Positions 1 through 9,878 are shown, counted from the stretch's first letter. The stretch is DNA of 32,000 bases from Demequinaceae bacterium (GCA_965250005.1 OZ252279.1:420001-452000); one strand, 5' to 3'. The notes: generated from the letters alone by a model not told the origin. Translations and numbers: made by a program.

Positions 1-449
1 CAGCGGGGGGCTCTGGCGTCGTCCTCCCCGATTTGACGCCTGACGCGGCGACGGAATGGATTGAGATCGCCAACGCTCGCGGGCTGGACAGCATCTTCCT
101 CGTTGCGCCAAGTTCTACTCCGGAGCGGCTCCATCTGACCGTTGGTCAGACAAGCGGGTTCGTGTATGCGGCCTCACTGATGGGAGTCACCGGAGAGCGG
201 GCGAGCGTCGGCGATGATGCCGAGCGACTTGTTGCCGATACCCGCGCAGCTGGCGCTCAAACCGTGTGCGTGGGACTCGGCGTGGCAACCGGAAGCCAAG
301 CGGCTGAGGTTGCGCGCTACGCAGACGGCGTTATTGTTGGCAGCGCACTAGTACGCGCCCTGTCGGGCGCCGCAGAGTTTGATCAGGGCATCGCCGCCCT
401 CCGTACCAAGACGGCCGAACTCGCGGCCGGTGTGAGAGGAAAACCGTGA
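1..449 (+). CDS. trpA: Tryptophan synthase alpha subunit, C-terminal part (5' end lies outside the window)
   Basis: The frame is open from base 3 (AGGSGVVLPDLTPDAATEW...) and continues through listed ORF 33..449. Conserved TrpA C-terminal barrel segments are present (GFVYAASLMGVTGER, VCVGLGV, GVIVGSALV). The stop overlaps the lgt start (GTGA). trpA-lgt linkage is typical of Actinomycetota. Confidence 0.9.
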   Translation, partial: AGGSGVVLPDLTPDAATEWIEIANARGLDSIFLVAPSSTPERLHLTVGQTSGFVYAASLMGVTGERASVGDDAERLVADTRAAGAQTVCVGLGVATGSQAAEVARYADGVIVGSALVRALSGAAEFDQGIAALRTKTAELAAGVRGKP

Positions 450-1462
450 TTCCCGTTTCGATTCCCAGCCCGCCGCTCGACTGGGGCATTCTGTTCCAGA
501 TCGGCCCGTTCCCCATCCGCAGTTACGCCCTTGCGCTCCTGCTAGGCATGGTCGCCGGTGTCTGGGTCGCACGCAAGCGTTGGATAGCGCGTGGCGGGGA
601 TGTCGCGGCCGTTGAAGAGATTGTGGTTTGGGCGATTCCCTTCGGAATTCTTGGCGCGCGCATCTATCACGTGATTTCCACGCCCGGCCCATACTTTGGT
701 GAGGGTGGAAACTGGGTCAAGATCTTCGCGATCAACGAGGGCGGACTGGGGATCTGGGGCGCGGTCGCGCTCGGAGCTTTGGGTGCGTACATCGGAGCGA
801 AGCGCGCGGGCGTATCGTTTCCGGCGTTCATTGATGCCGCTGCGCCAGGGATACTGCTTGCGCAAGCTATCGGTCGCCTTGGCAACTATTTCAACCAAGA
901 ACTCTTCGGCGGCGCAACAACATTGCCGTGGGGCCTCCAGATCGACGCTGCCGCGCCAAGCTTTCCGCGCGACCTGCCGGTCGACACGCTTTTCCACCCG
1001 ACTTTCCTTTACGAACTGCTCTGGAACGTGGTGGGTGTGTTCGTCGTGCTCTACCTTGACCGTCGACTGAAACTCCGCAATGGTCGGGTGTTCTGGCTCT
1101 ACGTCATCGTTTACACCACCGGTCGCGTCTGGATTGAGAACGTCCGTATCGATACCGCGGTGCACATCGGCGGGCTACGCATCAACGTGTGGGTCTCGAT
1201 CGTAGTATTGCTCGGCTCGATCTTCGCGTTCTGGCTGGTGGGCAAGCGAAATGCAGGCACGTTCGAGGAATTCCCCGCACGCGTGACTAAGGGCAAAGTG
1301 GCCGTAGCGACTAAACGCTCCGCTTCTACTAAGAAGCCGGCATCCAAGAAGACGCCCGCAAAAAAGACGCCGGCAAAGAGTGCGCCTGCTAAGAAGGCTG
1401 TATCCAAAACGGTTGCGCGCAAAGAGAGCCCGGGGACGAAGGCCACAACGCCCAAGAAATAG
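446..1462 (+). CDS. lgt: Prolipoprotein diacylglyceryl transferase with a Lys/Pro/Ala-rich C-terminal tail
   Basis: 338-aa ORF with a GTG start overlapping the trpA stop. It has multiple hydrophobic segments and the Lgt signature stretches GRLGNYFNQELFG and HPTFLYE. The C-terminal ~70 aa are low-complexity (KKPASKKTPAKKTPAKSAPAKK). Confidence 0.93.
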   Translation: MIPVSIPSPPLDWGILFQIGPFPIRSYALALLLGMVAGVWVARKRWIARGGDVAAVEEIVVWAIPFGILGARIYHVISTPGPYFGEGGNWVKIFAINEGGLGIWGAVALGALGAYIGAKRAGVSFPAFIDAAAPGILLAQAIGRLGNYFNQELFGGATTLPWGLQIDAAAPSFPRDLPVDTLFHPTFLYELLWNVVGVFVVLYLDRRLKLRNGRVFWLYVIVYTTGRVWIENVRIDTAVHIGGLRINVWVSIVVLLGSIFAFWLVGKRNAGTFEEFPARVTKGKVAVATKRSASTKKPASKKTPAKKTPAKSAPAKKAVSKTVARKESPGTKATTPKK

Positions 1463-1464
1463 AA

Positions 1465-1496
1465 CCGGCGCGTTCGGACTTAGGGGGAACGCGCGG
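1465..1496 (+). terminator. Possible lgt terminator hairpin
   Basis: GCGCGTTC (1468-1475) pairs perfectly with GAACGCGC (1487-1494) around an 11-nt loop. A CC/GG extension continues the stem across a 1-nt bulge. The hairpin starts 3 nt after the lgt stop. There is no clear U-tract. Confidence 0.35.
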
Positions 1497-1585
1497 TAGC
1501 CTATATACCCGTGTGTTGACCGGGCCGACGGCGCCCCGTATCCAGAACCAGCTCGGCCGTGCCGAGAATGACAAAGGACGGTGTG

Positions 1586-4500
1586 ATGCCCGTGCAGTTA
1601 CGCGCCCAAGCGAATGCGAAGGGTCTGTACGACCCTGCGTATGAACACGACGCCTGCGGCGTCGCGTTTGTCGCGACTCTGCGCGGCAAGCCTGGCCGAG
1701 ACATCATGGACGCGGGTCTGACAGCCCTCAAGAACCTCGAGCACCGTGGCGCCGTGGGCGCCGAGACCGAGACCGGCGACGGAGCGGGCATTCTGACGCA
1801 AGTGCCCGACGCGTTCCTGCGCACCGTTGTCGCCTTCGACCTGCCTCCCGCGGGCTCGTATGCGACCGGGATCGCGTTCCTCACGCCAGACAATGTCGGC
1901 GTCGAAGTCGCCGCCGTTGAGCGGGCAGCGTCGATTGAAGGCGTGACGATCATTGGCTGGCGCGACGTGCCGGTGAACCCCGAACCGCTGGGCCCATCGG
2001 CTCGTCAAGCGATGCCAGGCTTCCGGCAGGTCTTCCTCACGTGTGACGGTTTGAGTGGCATCGACCTTGATCGCCGAGTTTACCGTGTGCGCAAGCGCGC
2101 CGAAAACTCTCACGGCGTATTCTTTGCCTCGCTCTCGGCCCGGACGCTCACATACAAGGGCATGCTCACCACGTACCAACTTGAGCAGGTATTCCCGGAT
2201 TTGCTCGATCCAGAGTACTCAACTGAACTCGCCCTCGTTCACTCACGCTTCTCGACCAACACATTCCCTTCGTGGCCGCTTGCACAGCCACTACGCGGAA
2301 TCGCGCACAACGGTGAGATCAACACGGTGCAGGGGAACCGAAATTGGATGGCTGCGCGCGAGGGCACCCTCAGGTCGGAACTACTCGGCGACCTGAGCGA
2401 TATCGTGCCCATCTGTACGCCGTCGGCATCGGACACGGCGTCGTTCGATGAGGTGCTCGAATTGCTCAACCTCGGCGGGCGCAGCATGCCGCACGCGGTC
2501 TTGATGATGATGCCCGAGGCCTGGCAGCAGAACACCGAGATGGACGCTCGCCGCCGCGCATTTTACGAGTATCACTCGTCGCTCATGGAACCTTGGGACG
2601 GACCAGCCGCGCTCCACTTCTCTGATGGCACGTTGATAGGCGCGACGCTGGACCGCAACGGCCTGCGCCCCGGACGCTTCTGGGTGATGGACGACGGCCT
2701 CGTGGTGGCCGGTTCCGAGGCAGGGCTCCTCGACATCGACCCCGCGAAGGTCGTTCGCAAGGGCCGCCTTCAGCCGGGACGAATGCTGCTCGTGGACACG
2801 GCTGCCGGCCAAATCATCGAAGACGAGCAGATCAAGGACCAGCTGGCCGCAGAACATCCGTACGAGGCTTGGGTTGCCGACAACGCTGTCCGGCTCGCCG
2901 AGTTAACCGAGCGCGAGCACGTCACACACTCACGGTCGTCCGTCGTCCGGCGCCAGCGTGCCTTCGGATACACCGAAGAAGAGCTGACCATGCTGGTGGC
3001 GCCCATGGCACAACACGCGGTGGAGCCCATAGGCGCAATGGGGTCGGACACACCCATTGCTGTGCTTTCGAACCGCCCGCGGCTCCTCTTTGACTACTTC
3101 ACTCAGATGTTCGCTCAGGTCACGAACCCGCCGCTCGACTCCATCCGCGAACAGATCGTCACGGCCACCGGTGGGGCCATCGGCCCTGAGCCAAACCTCC
3201 TTGACGCAACCCCCGAACACGCGCGCAAGGTCATCCTGGATTTCCCTGTCATCGATAACGACGAGCTTGCCAAGATCATCCACATCGACGCCGACCCGAC
3301 GCTTCGCAACATCTTCAGCGCTCGTCGCATCAGTGGCTTGTACCGCGTGCGCAGCGGGGGAGAGGGGCTTCAGCGCCGTCTCATTGAGATCTTTGACGAG
3401 GTGGACCGGGCCATCAAGCAAGGCGTGGGCTTCCTCGTTCTCTCGGACCGTGACTCAGACGCCGAAAACGCGCCCATCCCGTCGCTCTTGATGACAGGCG
3501 CGGTTCACCATCACCTTGTCCGCAATCACAGCCGCACGCAGGTGTCCCTAGTGGTCGAAGCCGGCGACGTGCGCGAGGTCCACCACGTAGCAGCCTTGAT
3601 TGGCTACGGCTGCGCTGCGGTCAACCCCTATCTCGCGATGGAGACCGTGGAAGACTTGGTCTCACGCGGATACATCACGGACCTCAGTTCAGAGCAGGCC
3701 GTTCGAAACCTCATCATGGCGCTCGGCAAAGGGGTCCTCAAGATCATGTCGAAGATGGGTATCTCCACCATCTCGTCGTATCGGGGCGCACAGGTCTTTG
3801 AGGCGCTCGGGTTGTCCCGCGACTTGGTCGACCTTCACTTTGCTGGCACGCCCAGCCAGATTGGTGGCGTTGGGCTCGGGGTCATCGCCCAGGAAGTCGC
3901 ACTTCGGCACGCGGACGCCTATCCAACCAAGGGCGAGGCGCAGCCGCACCGCAGGCTCAATGTGGGTGGCGAATACCAGTGGCGGCGCGAAGGCGAGCAG
4001 CACCTGTTTGACCCGGAAACCGTATTCAAGCTTCAGCATTCCACGCGCACCCGGCAGTACGAGGTGTTCAACGAGTACACGAGCCTCGTCAACGACCAGT
4101 CGCGCAGGCTCATGACCCTGCGCGGACTTCTTGACTTCAAGTCCGACCGCACATCCATTCCTATCGAAGACGTCGAGCACGTCCGCGACATCGTCAGGCG
4201 ATTTAGCACGGGCGCGATGTCGTACGGCTCGATTTCGATCGAGGCGCACGAGACTCTCGCGATCGCGATGAATCGGCTTGGCGCGCGCTCCAACACCGGC
4301 GAGGGCGGAGAGGCCGTCGATCGCCTCTACGACCCCGAGCGCCGGAGCTCAATCAAGCAGGTTGCCTCCGGGCGCTTTGGGGTCACCAGCGAGTACCTTG
4401 TCAACGCTGACGATATTCAGATCAAACTCGCGCAGGGCGCTAAGCCGGGCGAGGGTGGCCAGCTTCCCGCCACCAAGGTGTATCCGTGGGTTGCGCAGAC

Positions 4501-6121
4501 GCGGCACTCGACGCCGGGAGTCGGGCTGATCTCGCCCCCGCCACATCACGACATCTACTCGATCGAAGACCTCAAACAGCTCATCCACGACCTCAAGAAC
4601 GCCAACCCCGAGGCCCGGATCCACACCAAGTTGGTCTCCGAGGTTGGGGTCGGCACTATCGCGGCAGGCGTTGCTAAATGCAAGTCAGATGTCGTCCTAA
4701 TCTCCGGATCGGACGGTGGAACCGGCGCGAGCCCGCTTAACTCGCTTAAGCACGCGGGCGCTCCGTGGGAGATCGGTCTCGCCGACACACAGCAGACCCT
4801 GGTCCTCAACAAGCTTCGCGACAGGATCGTCGTACAGGTAGACGGTCAGATGAAGACCGGCCGGGACGTAATCGTTGCTGCACTCCTCGGAGCGGAAGAG
4901 TTCGGATTCGCAACTGCGCCGCTCGTGGTCTCGGGCTGCGTCATGATGCGCGTATGCCACAAAGACACCTGCCCTGTTGGCGTCGCGACCCAGAACCCCG
5001 AGTTGCGCGAACGATTCTCCGGCAAGCCCGAATTCGTTGAGACCTTCTTCGAGTTCATTGCCCTCCAAGTTCGCGAGATGCTCGCACAGTTGGGCTTCCG
5101 ATCAATCGAAGAAGCCGTCGGCCACGTCGAGGTCCTCGAGACACGATCGGCGATTGAACACTGGAAGGCTCGCGGTCTTGACCTCGAGCCCGTCCTTGCC
5201 GTGCCGGCCGCCGGCGAAAACCTGCACCAGTCAACGTTGCAGGACCACGGACTGGACCGGGCGCTTGACTTGAAGTTGATCGCGGAGGCCGAGCCTGCGC
5301 TCGAGCGTGGCGAAGCCGTCAGGCTGACCCATGCTGTGCGCAACACCAACCGGACCATTGGAACGATGCTCGGCAACGAGGTAACCAAGCGCTACCGCGG
5401 CGCAGGTCTTCCCGACGACACGATCACAGTGATGTGCACAGGATCCGCGGGGCAGTCGTTTGGCGCGTTCGTGCCAAGGGGCATTACACTGCGGCTTTCC
5501 GGCGATGCCAACGACTACGTGGCCAAGGGCCTGAGCGGTGGGCGCATCGTCGTTCGTCCGGATCGGACGGCGATGCTGGACGACTCTCGCGACGTCGTTG
5601 CGGGCAATGTCATCGGCTACGGTGCCACCGGTGGCGAGCTGTTCCTTCGCGGCCAGGTTGGGGAGCGGTTCCTGGTTCGAAACTCCGGCGCAACCGCCGT
5701 CGTGGAGGGCGTAGGTGACCACGCGCTCGAATACATGACGGGCGGCACCGCCCTCGTGATTGGACGCACGGGCCGGAACCTAGGCGCTGGCATGTCCGGC
5801 GGAACCGCTTACGTGCTCGACCTGCGGTCGGAACGTGTGAACGTGGAGGCACTCGCCGCCGGAGATCTCACCCTCAGCCCGCTCGACTCCGAGGACGAGG
5901 CACTGGTTCGCGGTCTGCTGGAGAAGCACGTATCTGAGACGGAGTCTCCTCAGGCGCGAGAGTTGCTCGCAGATTGGGAAGGCTCGGCACCACGCTTCAC
6001 GCGGGTGCTTCCCGTGCAGTACGCGCGAGTGCGCGAGACGCTCGCCGCCATCGAAGCCAATGGCGGCGACCTATCCGCGCCCGGAGCCTGGGCCGACTTC
6101 CTGGAGGTGACCAGTGGCTGA
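1586..6121 (+). CDS. gltB: Glutamate synthase (GOGAT) large subunit
   Basis: The ORF is open from 1559 (GTG), with in-frame ATGs at 1568 and 1586. I prefer 1586 because AAGGA (1574-1578) lies 7 nt upstream. The Ntn-amidotransferase N-terminus is present ([12 protein letters not shown]). The FMN/Fe-S central domain and the C-terminal GXGXG beta-helix repeats are recognisable. Total length is about 1500 aa. Confidence 0.95.
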   Translation: MPVQLRAQANAKGLYDPAYEHDACGVAFVATLRGKPGRDIMDAGLTALKNLEHRGAVGAETETGDGAGILTQVPDAFLRTVVAFDLPPAGSYATGIAFLTPDNVGVEVAAVERAASIEGVTIIGWRDVPVNPEPLGPSARQAMPGFRQVFLTCDGLSGIDLDRRVYRVRKRAENSHGVFFASLSARTLTYKGMLTTYQLEQVFPDLLDPEYSTELALVHSRFSTNTFPSWPLAQPLRGIAHNGEINTVQGNRNWMAAREGTLRSELLGDLSDIVPICTPSASDTASFDEVLELLNLGGRSMPHAVLMMMPEAWQQNTEMDARRRAFYEYHSSLMEPWDGPAALHFSDGTLIGATLDRNGLRPGRFWVMDDGLVVAGSEAGLLDIDPAKVVRKGRLQPGRMLLVDTAAGQIIEDEQIKDQLAAEHPYEAWVADNAVRLAELTEREHVTHSRSSVVRRQRAFGYTEEELTMLVAPMAQHAVEPIGAMGSDTPIAVLSNRPRLLFDYFTQMFAQVTNPPLDSIREQIVTATGGAIGPEPNLLDATPEHARKVILDFPVIDNDELAKIIHIDADPTLRNIFSARRISGLYRVRSGGEGLQRRLIEIFDEVDRAIKQGVGFLVLSDRDSDAENAPIPSLLMTGAVHHHLVRNHSRTQVSLVVEAGDVREVHHVAALIGYGCAAVNPYLAMETVEDLVSRGYITDLSSEQAVRNLIMALGKGVLKIMSKMGISTISSYRGAQVFEALGLSRDLVDLHFAGTPSQIGGVGLGVIAQEVALRHADAYPTKGEAQPHRRLNVGGEYQWRREGEQHLFDPETVFKLQHSTRTRQYEVFNEYTSLVNDQSRRLMTLRGLLDFKSDRTSIPIEDVEHVRDIVRRFSTGAMSYGSISIEAHETLAIAMNRLGARSNTGEGGEAVDRLYDPERRSSIKQVASGRFGVTSEYLVNADDIQIKLAQGAKPGEGGQLPATKVYPWVAQTRHSTPGVGLISPPPHHDIYSIEDLKQLIHDLKNANPEARIHTKLVSEVGVGTIAAGVAKCKSDVVLISGSDGGTGASPLNSLKHAGAPWEIGLADTQQTLVLNKLRDRIVVQVDGQMKTGRDVIVAALLGAEEFGFATAPLVVSGCVMMRVCHKDTCPVGVATQNPELRERFSGKPEFVETFFEFIALQVREMLAQLGFRSIEEAVGHVEVLETRSAIEHWKARGLDLEPVLAVPAAGENLHQSTLQDHGLDRALDLKLIAEAEPALERGEAVRLTHAVRNTNRTIGTMLGNEVTKRYRGAGLPDDTITVMCTGSAGQSFGAFVPRGITLRLSGDANDYVAKGLSGGRIVVRPDRTAMLDDSRDVVAGNVIGYGATGGELFLRGQVGERFLVRNSGATAVVEGVGDHALEYMTGGTALVIGRTGRNLGAGMSGGTAYVLDLRSERVNVEALAAGDLTLSPLDSEDEALVRGLLEKHVSETESPQARELLADWEGSAPRFTRVLPVQYARVRETLAAIEANGGDLSAPGAWADFLEVTSG

Positions 6122-7583
6122 CCCCCGAGGTTTTCTCAACCACCGCGAGCGGCAGGTTCTGCCGAGCCGACCCGTCGAAGTACGGCTCCTCGACTGGAAA
6201 TACGTCAAGGACGAACTCGCGCGCGATCCTGATGCACTCAAGGTGCAGGCGAGCCGGTGCATGGACTGTGGGATTCCCTTTTGCCATCAAGGTTGCCCGC
6301 TGGGCAACCTCATCCCGGACTGGAACGACCTCACCTGGCGCGACCAACCCGCCGACGCAATCGAGCGGCTCCACGCCACCAACAACTTCCCAGAATTCAC
6401 TGGGCGCATCTGCCCTGCACCTTGTGAGAGCTCGTGCGTATTGAGTATCAACCAGCCCGCCGTGACCATCAAGAACATCGAGGTCTCGATCATTGACCGC
6501 GCGTATGCAGACGGCAACGTCACGCCGGTGATTCCGCAGCGACAGACAGGCAAGACGGTCGCGGTGGTGGGCTCAGGACCCGCGGGCTTGGCCGCAGCGC
6601 AGCAGCTCACGCGGGCGGGGCACACGGTCGCCGTCTTCGAGCGCGACGACCGGATCGGCGGGCTCATGCGCTACGGCGTGCCCGACTTCAAAATGGAGAA
6701 GGACACCATCGACTCGCGCATGGAACAGATGGAAGCGGAAGGTACGCGATTCCGCACCAATGTGAGCATCGGCGTTGACATCTCGTGGAGCGATTTACGG
6801 TCGCGTTACGACGCGGTGGTCATGGCCACCGGAACGACGATCCCGCGCGACTTGCCAATCCCCGGCAGGCACCACAAAGGCATCCACTTCGCGATACCGT
6901 ACCTCAAACAGGGCAACCAAGTCGCAGCCGGCGATATTGTTGAAAAGCAGATCACGGCCGAGAACAAGAACGTGATCATCATCGGCGGCGGAGACACGGG
7001 CTCCGACTGCCTGGGCACGGCTCTTCGGCAGGGCGCAAAGTCTGTCACGACACTCGCGATTGGTGTCAAGCCGCCGGATGAGCGGGACGACAAGCAGCAG
7101 CCCTGGCCGACTCACCCGCTGCTGTTCGAGGTTTCCAGCAGCCACGAAGAGGGTGGCGAACGCGAGTATTTGGCTTCCACCGTTGAGTTCCTCGGCGATG
7201 AAGATGATCGCGTGACGGCTCTCCGCGTCGCCCGCACTCAAATCATGCCTGACGGCTCGCGCGGAGCAGCACCCGGGACAGAAGTCGAGATTCCGGCTGA
7301 CTTGGTGCTCATATCGATGGGTTTCCTGGGGCCCGACTCCACAACCTTCGGCCAGCTGCCTGCGCTGTCCCTCACGCCGCGAGGAACGGTTACCCGTGGC
7401 GAGGATTTCGCAACGCCTGCGGACGGCGTATTCGTCGCGGGTGACGCTGGCCGAGGGCAGTCACTTGTTGTTTGGGCAATCGCCGAGGGCCGCGCCGTCG
7501 CGGCGGCCGTTGACACGTATCTGACTGGTGGCACCGAGCTACCGGCAGCAATAACGGCGCGTACAGTCGCGTACCGTGCTTAA
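6114..7583 (+). CDS. gltD: Glutamate synthase small subunit (NADPH-dependent)
   Basis: 489-aa ORF with a GTG start overlapping the gltB end by 8 nt. It has Cys clusters ([26 protein letters not shown]) and dinucleotide-binding motifs ([27 protein letters not shown]). Confidence 0.95.
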   Translation: MADPRGFLNHRERQVLPSRPVEVRLLDWKYVKDELARDPDALKVQASRCMDCGIPFCHQGCPLGNLIPDWNDLTWRDQPADAIERLHATNNFPEFTGRICPAPCESSCVLSINQPAVTIKNIEVSIIDRAYADGNVTPVIPQRQTGKTVAVVGSGPAGLAAAQQLTRAGHTVAVFERDDRIGGLMRYGVPDFKMEKDTIDSRMEQMEAEGTRFRTNVSIGVDISWSDLRSRYDAVVMATGTTIPRDLPIPGRHHKGIHFAIPYLKQGNQVAAGDIVEKQITAENKNVIIIGGGDTGSDCLGTALRQGAKSVTTLAIGVKPPDERDDKQQPWPTHPLLFEVSSSHEEGGEREYLASTVEFLGDEDDRVTALRVARTQIMPDGSRGAAPGTEVEIPADLVLISMGFLGPDSTTFGQLPALSLTPRGTVTRGEDFATPADGVFVAGDAGRGQSLVVWAIAEGRAVAAAVDTYLTGGTELPAAITARTVAYRA

Positions 7584-7603
7584 GACCACCTAGGTAGGAG
7601 ATC

Positions 7604-9022
7604 ATGCGTCACGCAAAGATTGTCTGCACCATCGGACCCGCGACTGAGTCGCTCGAGCAGATGCGGCTCCTGGTTGACGCGGGCATGGACGTTGCTCGCC
7701 TGAACCGGAGCCACGGCGATTTCGCGGTGCACGAGAAGGTCTACGCCAACGTTCGCAAGGCTTCCAAGGAGGCCGGCCGCAATGTTGCCGTGCTCGTCGA
7801 TCTCCAGGGCCCAAAGATCCGGCTCGCGCGTTTCGCTAACGGACCGCACGACCTGGCCACTGGCGACGTGTTCACCATTACGACGCGCGACGTCGAGGGC
7901 ACCAAGGAGCTGTGTGGCACGACCTACGCCGGTTTGCCAGGTGACGCCAACGTCGGCGACTTCCTGCTCATTGACGACGGCAAGGTCAAAGTAGAGGTCA
8001 CGGCGGTGACTGAGACCGACGTCACCACCACGGTCGTGGTGCCCGGAGCGGTCTCCAACAACAAGGGAATCAACCTTCCCGGCGTTGCTGTATCAGTTCC
8101 CGCGATGTCAGACAAGGACGAGGAAGACCTGCGCTGGGCACTCAAGCTCGGGACCGACTTCATCGCGCTGTCGTTCGTCCGCTCGGCCGCAGACTACGAT
8201 GACGTCGCACGCATCATGACCGAGGAGGGCCGCACCGTCCCGGTGATTGCCAAGGTAGAGAAGCCGCAGGCAGTCGACAACCTCAAGGAGATCGTCAACG
8301 CTTTTGACGGCGTGATGGTCGCGCGCGGTGACCTCGGCGTTGAGCTGCCGCTCGAAGACGTACCGCTCGTTCAGAAACATGCCATCGAATTGTGCCGTGC
8401 GCACGCCAAGCCCGTCATCGTAGCAACGCAGGTACTCGAGTCGATGATCTCGTCGCCGGTTCCTACCCGGGCAGAGACGTCTGACTGCGCGAACGCGGTT
8501 CTCGACGGCGCTGACGCCGTCATGCTCTCGGGCGAGACGTCCGTGGGCGAGTATCCAATCATCACTGTCGAGACCATGGCCCGCATCATCGAGAACACCG
8601 AGAAAAAGGGTGGCGACCGCATTGCGCCCATGGTTTCGAAGCCCAAGACTCGCAGTGGCACCATCACGGCTGCTGCGGCGAATATCGCGAGGCGCCTGCA
8701 CGCCAAAGCGATTGTCACGTTTACACAGTCGGGCGACTCGGCGCAGCGCATGTCGCGCCTGCGTCCCAAGACCAAGATGTACGCATTCACGCCGGATTCA
8801 GACACATACGCACGACTGGCTCTGACCTGGGGAGTTCATCCGGACCTCGTCGAGAATGTGGATTCCACCGACGACATGGTGAAGGTGGTCGACAAGGTAC
8901 TCAAGGACACTGGTCGCGCCAAGGACGGCGACTACATCGTCATAGTCTCGGGGGCGCCCATGGGTGTTTCCGGTACGACGAACTCGATTTTGGTGCACAA
9001 AGTTGGCGAGCACGTGGGCTGA
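7604..9022 (+). CDS. pyk: Pyruvate kinase
   Basis: 472-aa ORF with an ATG start preceded by the purine-rich sequence TAGGTAGGAG. Canonical N-terminus MRHAKIVCTIGPA. MVARGDLGVE motif. The C-terminal regulatory domain is present. Confidence 0.95.
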   Translation: MRHAKIVCTIGPATESLEQMRLLVDAGMDVARLNRSHGDFAVHEKVYANVRKASKEAGRNVAVLVDLQGPKIRLARFANGPHDLATGDVFTITTRDVEGTKELCGTTYAGLPGDANVGDFLLIDDGKVKVEVTAVTETDVTTTVVVPGAVSNNKGINLPGVAVSVPAMSDKDEEDLRWALKLGTDFIALSFVRSAADYDDVARIMTEEGRTVPVIAKVEKPQAVDNLKEIVNAFDGVMVARGDLGVELPLEDVPLVQKHAIELCRAHAKPVIVATQVLESMISSPVPTRAETSDCANAVLDGADAVMLSGETSVGEYPIITVETMARIIENTEKKGGDRIAPMVSKPKTRSGTITAAAANIARRLHAKAIVTFTQSGDSAQRMSRLRPKTKMYAFTPDSDTYARLALTWGVHPDLVENVDSTDDMVKVVDKVLKDTGRAKDGDYIVIVSGAPMGVSGTTNSILVHKVGEHVG

Positions 9023-9035
9023 CGCTCAGACGAGG

Positions 9036-9063
9036 CTGCCTGCCTCAACGGCGAGGCGGGTAG
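9036..9063. terminator. Hairpin between the convergent pyk and tRNA genes (possible bidirectional terminator)
   Basis: CTGCCTGCCTC (9036-9046) pairs with GAGGCGGGTAG (9053-9063) over 11 bp (9 Watson-Crick pairs and 2 G-U) around the 6-nt loop AACGGC. It begins 14 nt after the pyk stop. There is no U-tract, which is common in high-GC actinobacteria. Confidence 0.5.
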
Positions 9064-9079
9064 CTTCGGTACATCTCGG

Positions 9080-9153
9080 TGCCCCGAGTGGGAGTCGAAC
9101 CCACACTGGAACGGGTTTGAGCCGTTTGCCTCTGCCGGTTGGGCTATCGGGGC
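9080..9153 (-). tRNA. tRNA with anticodon CAA (Leu by anticodon); 74 nt, short 5-nt variable loop
   Basis: Hand fold of the minus strand. Acceptor stem GCCCCGA/TCGGGGC (7 perfect bp), then U8 A9. D-arm GCC(C)-AACCGGCAG-(A)GGC with G18G19. Anticodon stem AACGG/CCGTT with loop CT-CAA-AC. Variable region CCAGT. T-arm GTGGG-TTCGACT-CCCAC. Discriminator A, followed by CC but not a full CCA. The tRNA call itself is strong; the isotype and class are discussed in the findings. Confidence 0.8.
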
Positions 9154-9161
9154 GCGCAGAC

Positions 9162-9168
9162 TAGGCTA
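9162..9168. promoter_or_regulatory. Overlapping back-to-back -10 hexamers (plus-strand TAGGCT toward the regulator gene, minus-strand TAGCCT toward the tRNA)
   Basis: Plus-strand TAGGCT (9162-9167) fits TANNNT and sits 7 nt upstream of the GTG at 9175. Minus-strand TAGCCT (9168->9163) fits TANNNT and sits 9 nt upstream of tRNA position 1 (9153). Motif-only evidence. Confidence 0.35.
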
Positions 9169-9174
9169 TCGCCT

Positions 9175-9816
9175 GTGACCCGAGCGAACGAAATCGAAGA
9201 GCCTCTGCCTGGTGTCGAAGCCAGCGCCCCTGTCAAACCCGTTTCGCGGCGCGCCATCGTAGTTGAAGATGAGGCGCTCATCCGCATGGACATTGTCGAG
9301 ACCCTGATTGAGGGCGGCTACGACGTCGTTGGGGAGGGCGCCAACGGTGAAGAAGGCGTTGCCCTGGCCAAAGAACTCAAACCCGACGTCGTCGTGATGG
9401 ATATCAAAATGCCCGTCATGGACGGCATCACCGCCGCTGAGCTCATCGCCAACGACCGGGTATCGCCAGTGGTCCTGCTGACTGCGTTCTCCCAAACGGA
9501 ACTGGTTGAGCGAGCGCGGGACGCCGGCGCGATGGCCTACGTGGTTAAGCCGTTCACTCCCGCGGACTTGCTACCCGCCGTCGAAGTCGCCGCCGCGCGC
9601 TTCATGGAGATTAGGCAACTTGAGTCCGAGGTTGCGGACATCTCCGACCGCATGGAGACTCGCAAGAAGGTCGAGCGCGCCAAGGGCCTGTTGATGGAGA
9701 ACATGCAGCTCAACGAGCCAGAATCGTTCCGATGGATTCAGAAGACGTCGATGGACCGTCGCCTCACCATGCGCGAGGTTGCCGAAGCCGTCATAGACCA
9801 AATGGGCAAAAAGTAA
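9175..9816 (+). CDS. pdtaR: Response regulator with receiver and ANTAR RNA-binding domains (PdtaR-like)
   Basis: The ORF is listed from 9139 (TTG), but that start lies inside the tRNA gene. The next in-frame start is the GTG at 9175. Receiver domain: RRAIVVEDEALIRMD ... DVVVMDIKMPVMDG ... AYVVKPF. C-terminal ANTAR helices: RKKVERAKGLLMENMQLNEPESFRWIQKTSMDRRLTMREVAEAVI. Confidence 0.9.
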   Translation: MTRANEIEEPLPGVEASAPVKPVSRRAIVVEDEALIRMDIVETLIEGGYDVVGEGANGEEGVALAKELKPDVVVMDIKMPVMDGITAAELIANDRVSPVVLLTAFSQTELVERARDAGAMAYVVKPFTPADLLPAVEVAAARFMEIRQLESEVADISDRMETRKKVERAKGLLMENMQLNEPESFRWIQKTSMDRRLTMREVAEAVIDQMGKK

Positions 9817-9826
9817 AGGCTGTGAA

Positions 9827-9844
9827 GGTCACAATATAGTGACC
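9827..9844. promoter_or_regulatory. Inverted repeat GGTCAC-AATATA-GTGACC containing a TATAGT -10-like hexamer (operator/promoter candidate)
   Basis: Perfect 6-bp arms (9827-9832 and 9839-9844) flank an AT-only 6-nt centre. TATAGT lies at 9835-9840. A second palindrome, TGTGA-AGG-TCACA (9821-9833), overlaps it. The element starts 11 nt after the regulator's stop codon. Confidence 0.3.
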
Positions 9845-9849
9845 ATCAA

Positions 9850-9878
9850 TTACTCCCGGTTGCGCCCCTGCGGAGTAA
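9850..9878 (+). promoter_or_regulatory. Leader hairpin upstream of the solute-binding gene
   Basis: TTACTCC (9850-9856) pairs perfectly with GGAGTAA (9872-9878), enclosing 15 GC-rich nt. The GGAGT segment could alternatively pair with ACTCC at 9904-9908. Confidence 0.35.

Noticed and set aside
1478-1487. The 10-mer ACTTAGGGGG is repeated at 1478-1487 and 24740-24749.
   Set aside because: Many identical 10-mer pairs are expected by chance in 32 kb, and there is no extended similarity around either copy.
1516-1544. gltB promoter (TTGACC at 1516-1521, a 17-nt spacer, then TATCCA at 1539-1544), plus possible GlnR or AmtR boxes.
   Set aside because: The -10 candidate lacks the conserved final T. 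I could not match the GlnR (GTnAC-N6-GnnAC) or AmtR (CTAT-N6-ATAG) consensus convincingly.
9139-9174. TTG start at 9139 for the ANTAR regulator, as given by the ORF track.
   Set aside because: It would place the first 15 nt of the CDS inside the tRNA gene on the other strand. It would also add a non-conserved MGYRGAQTRLSP extension. The GTG at 9175 is the next in-frame start and has a -10-like hexamer at leaderless distance.
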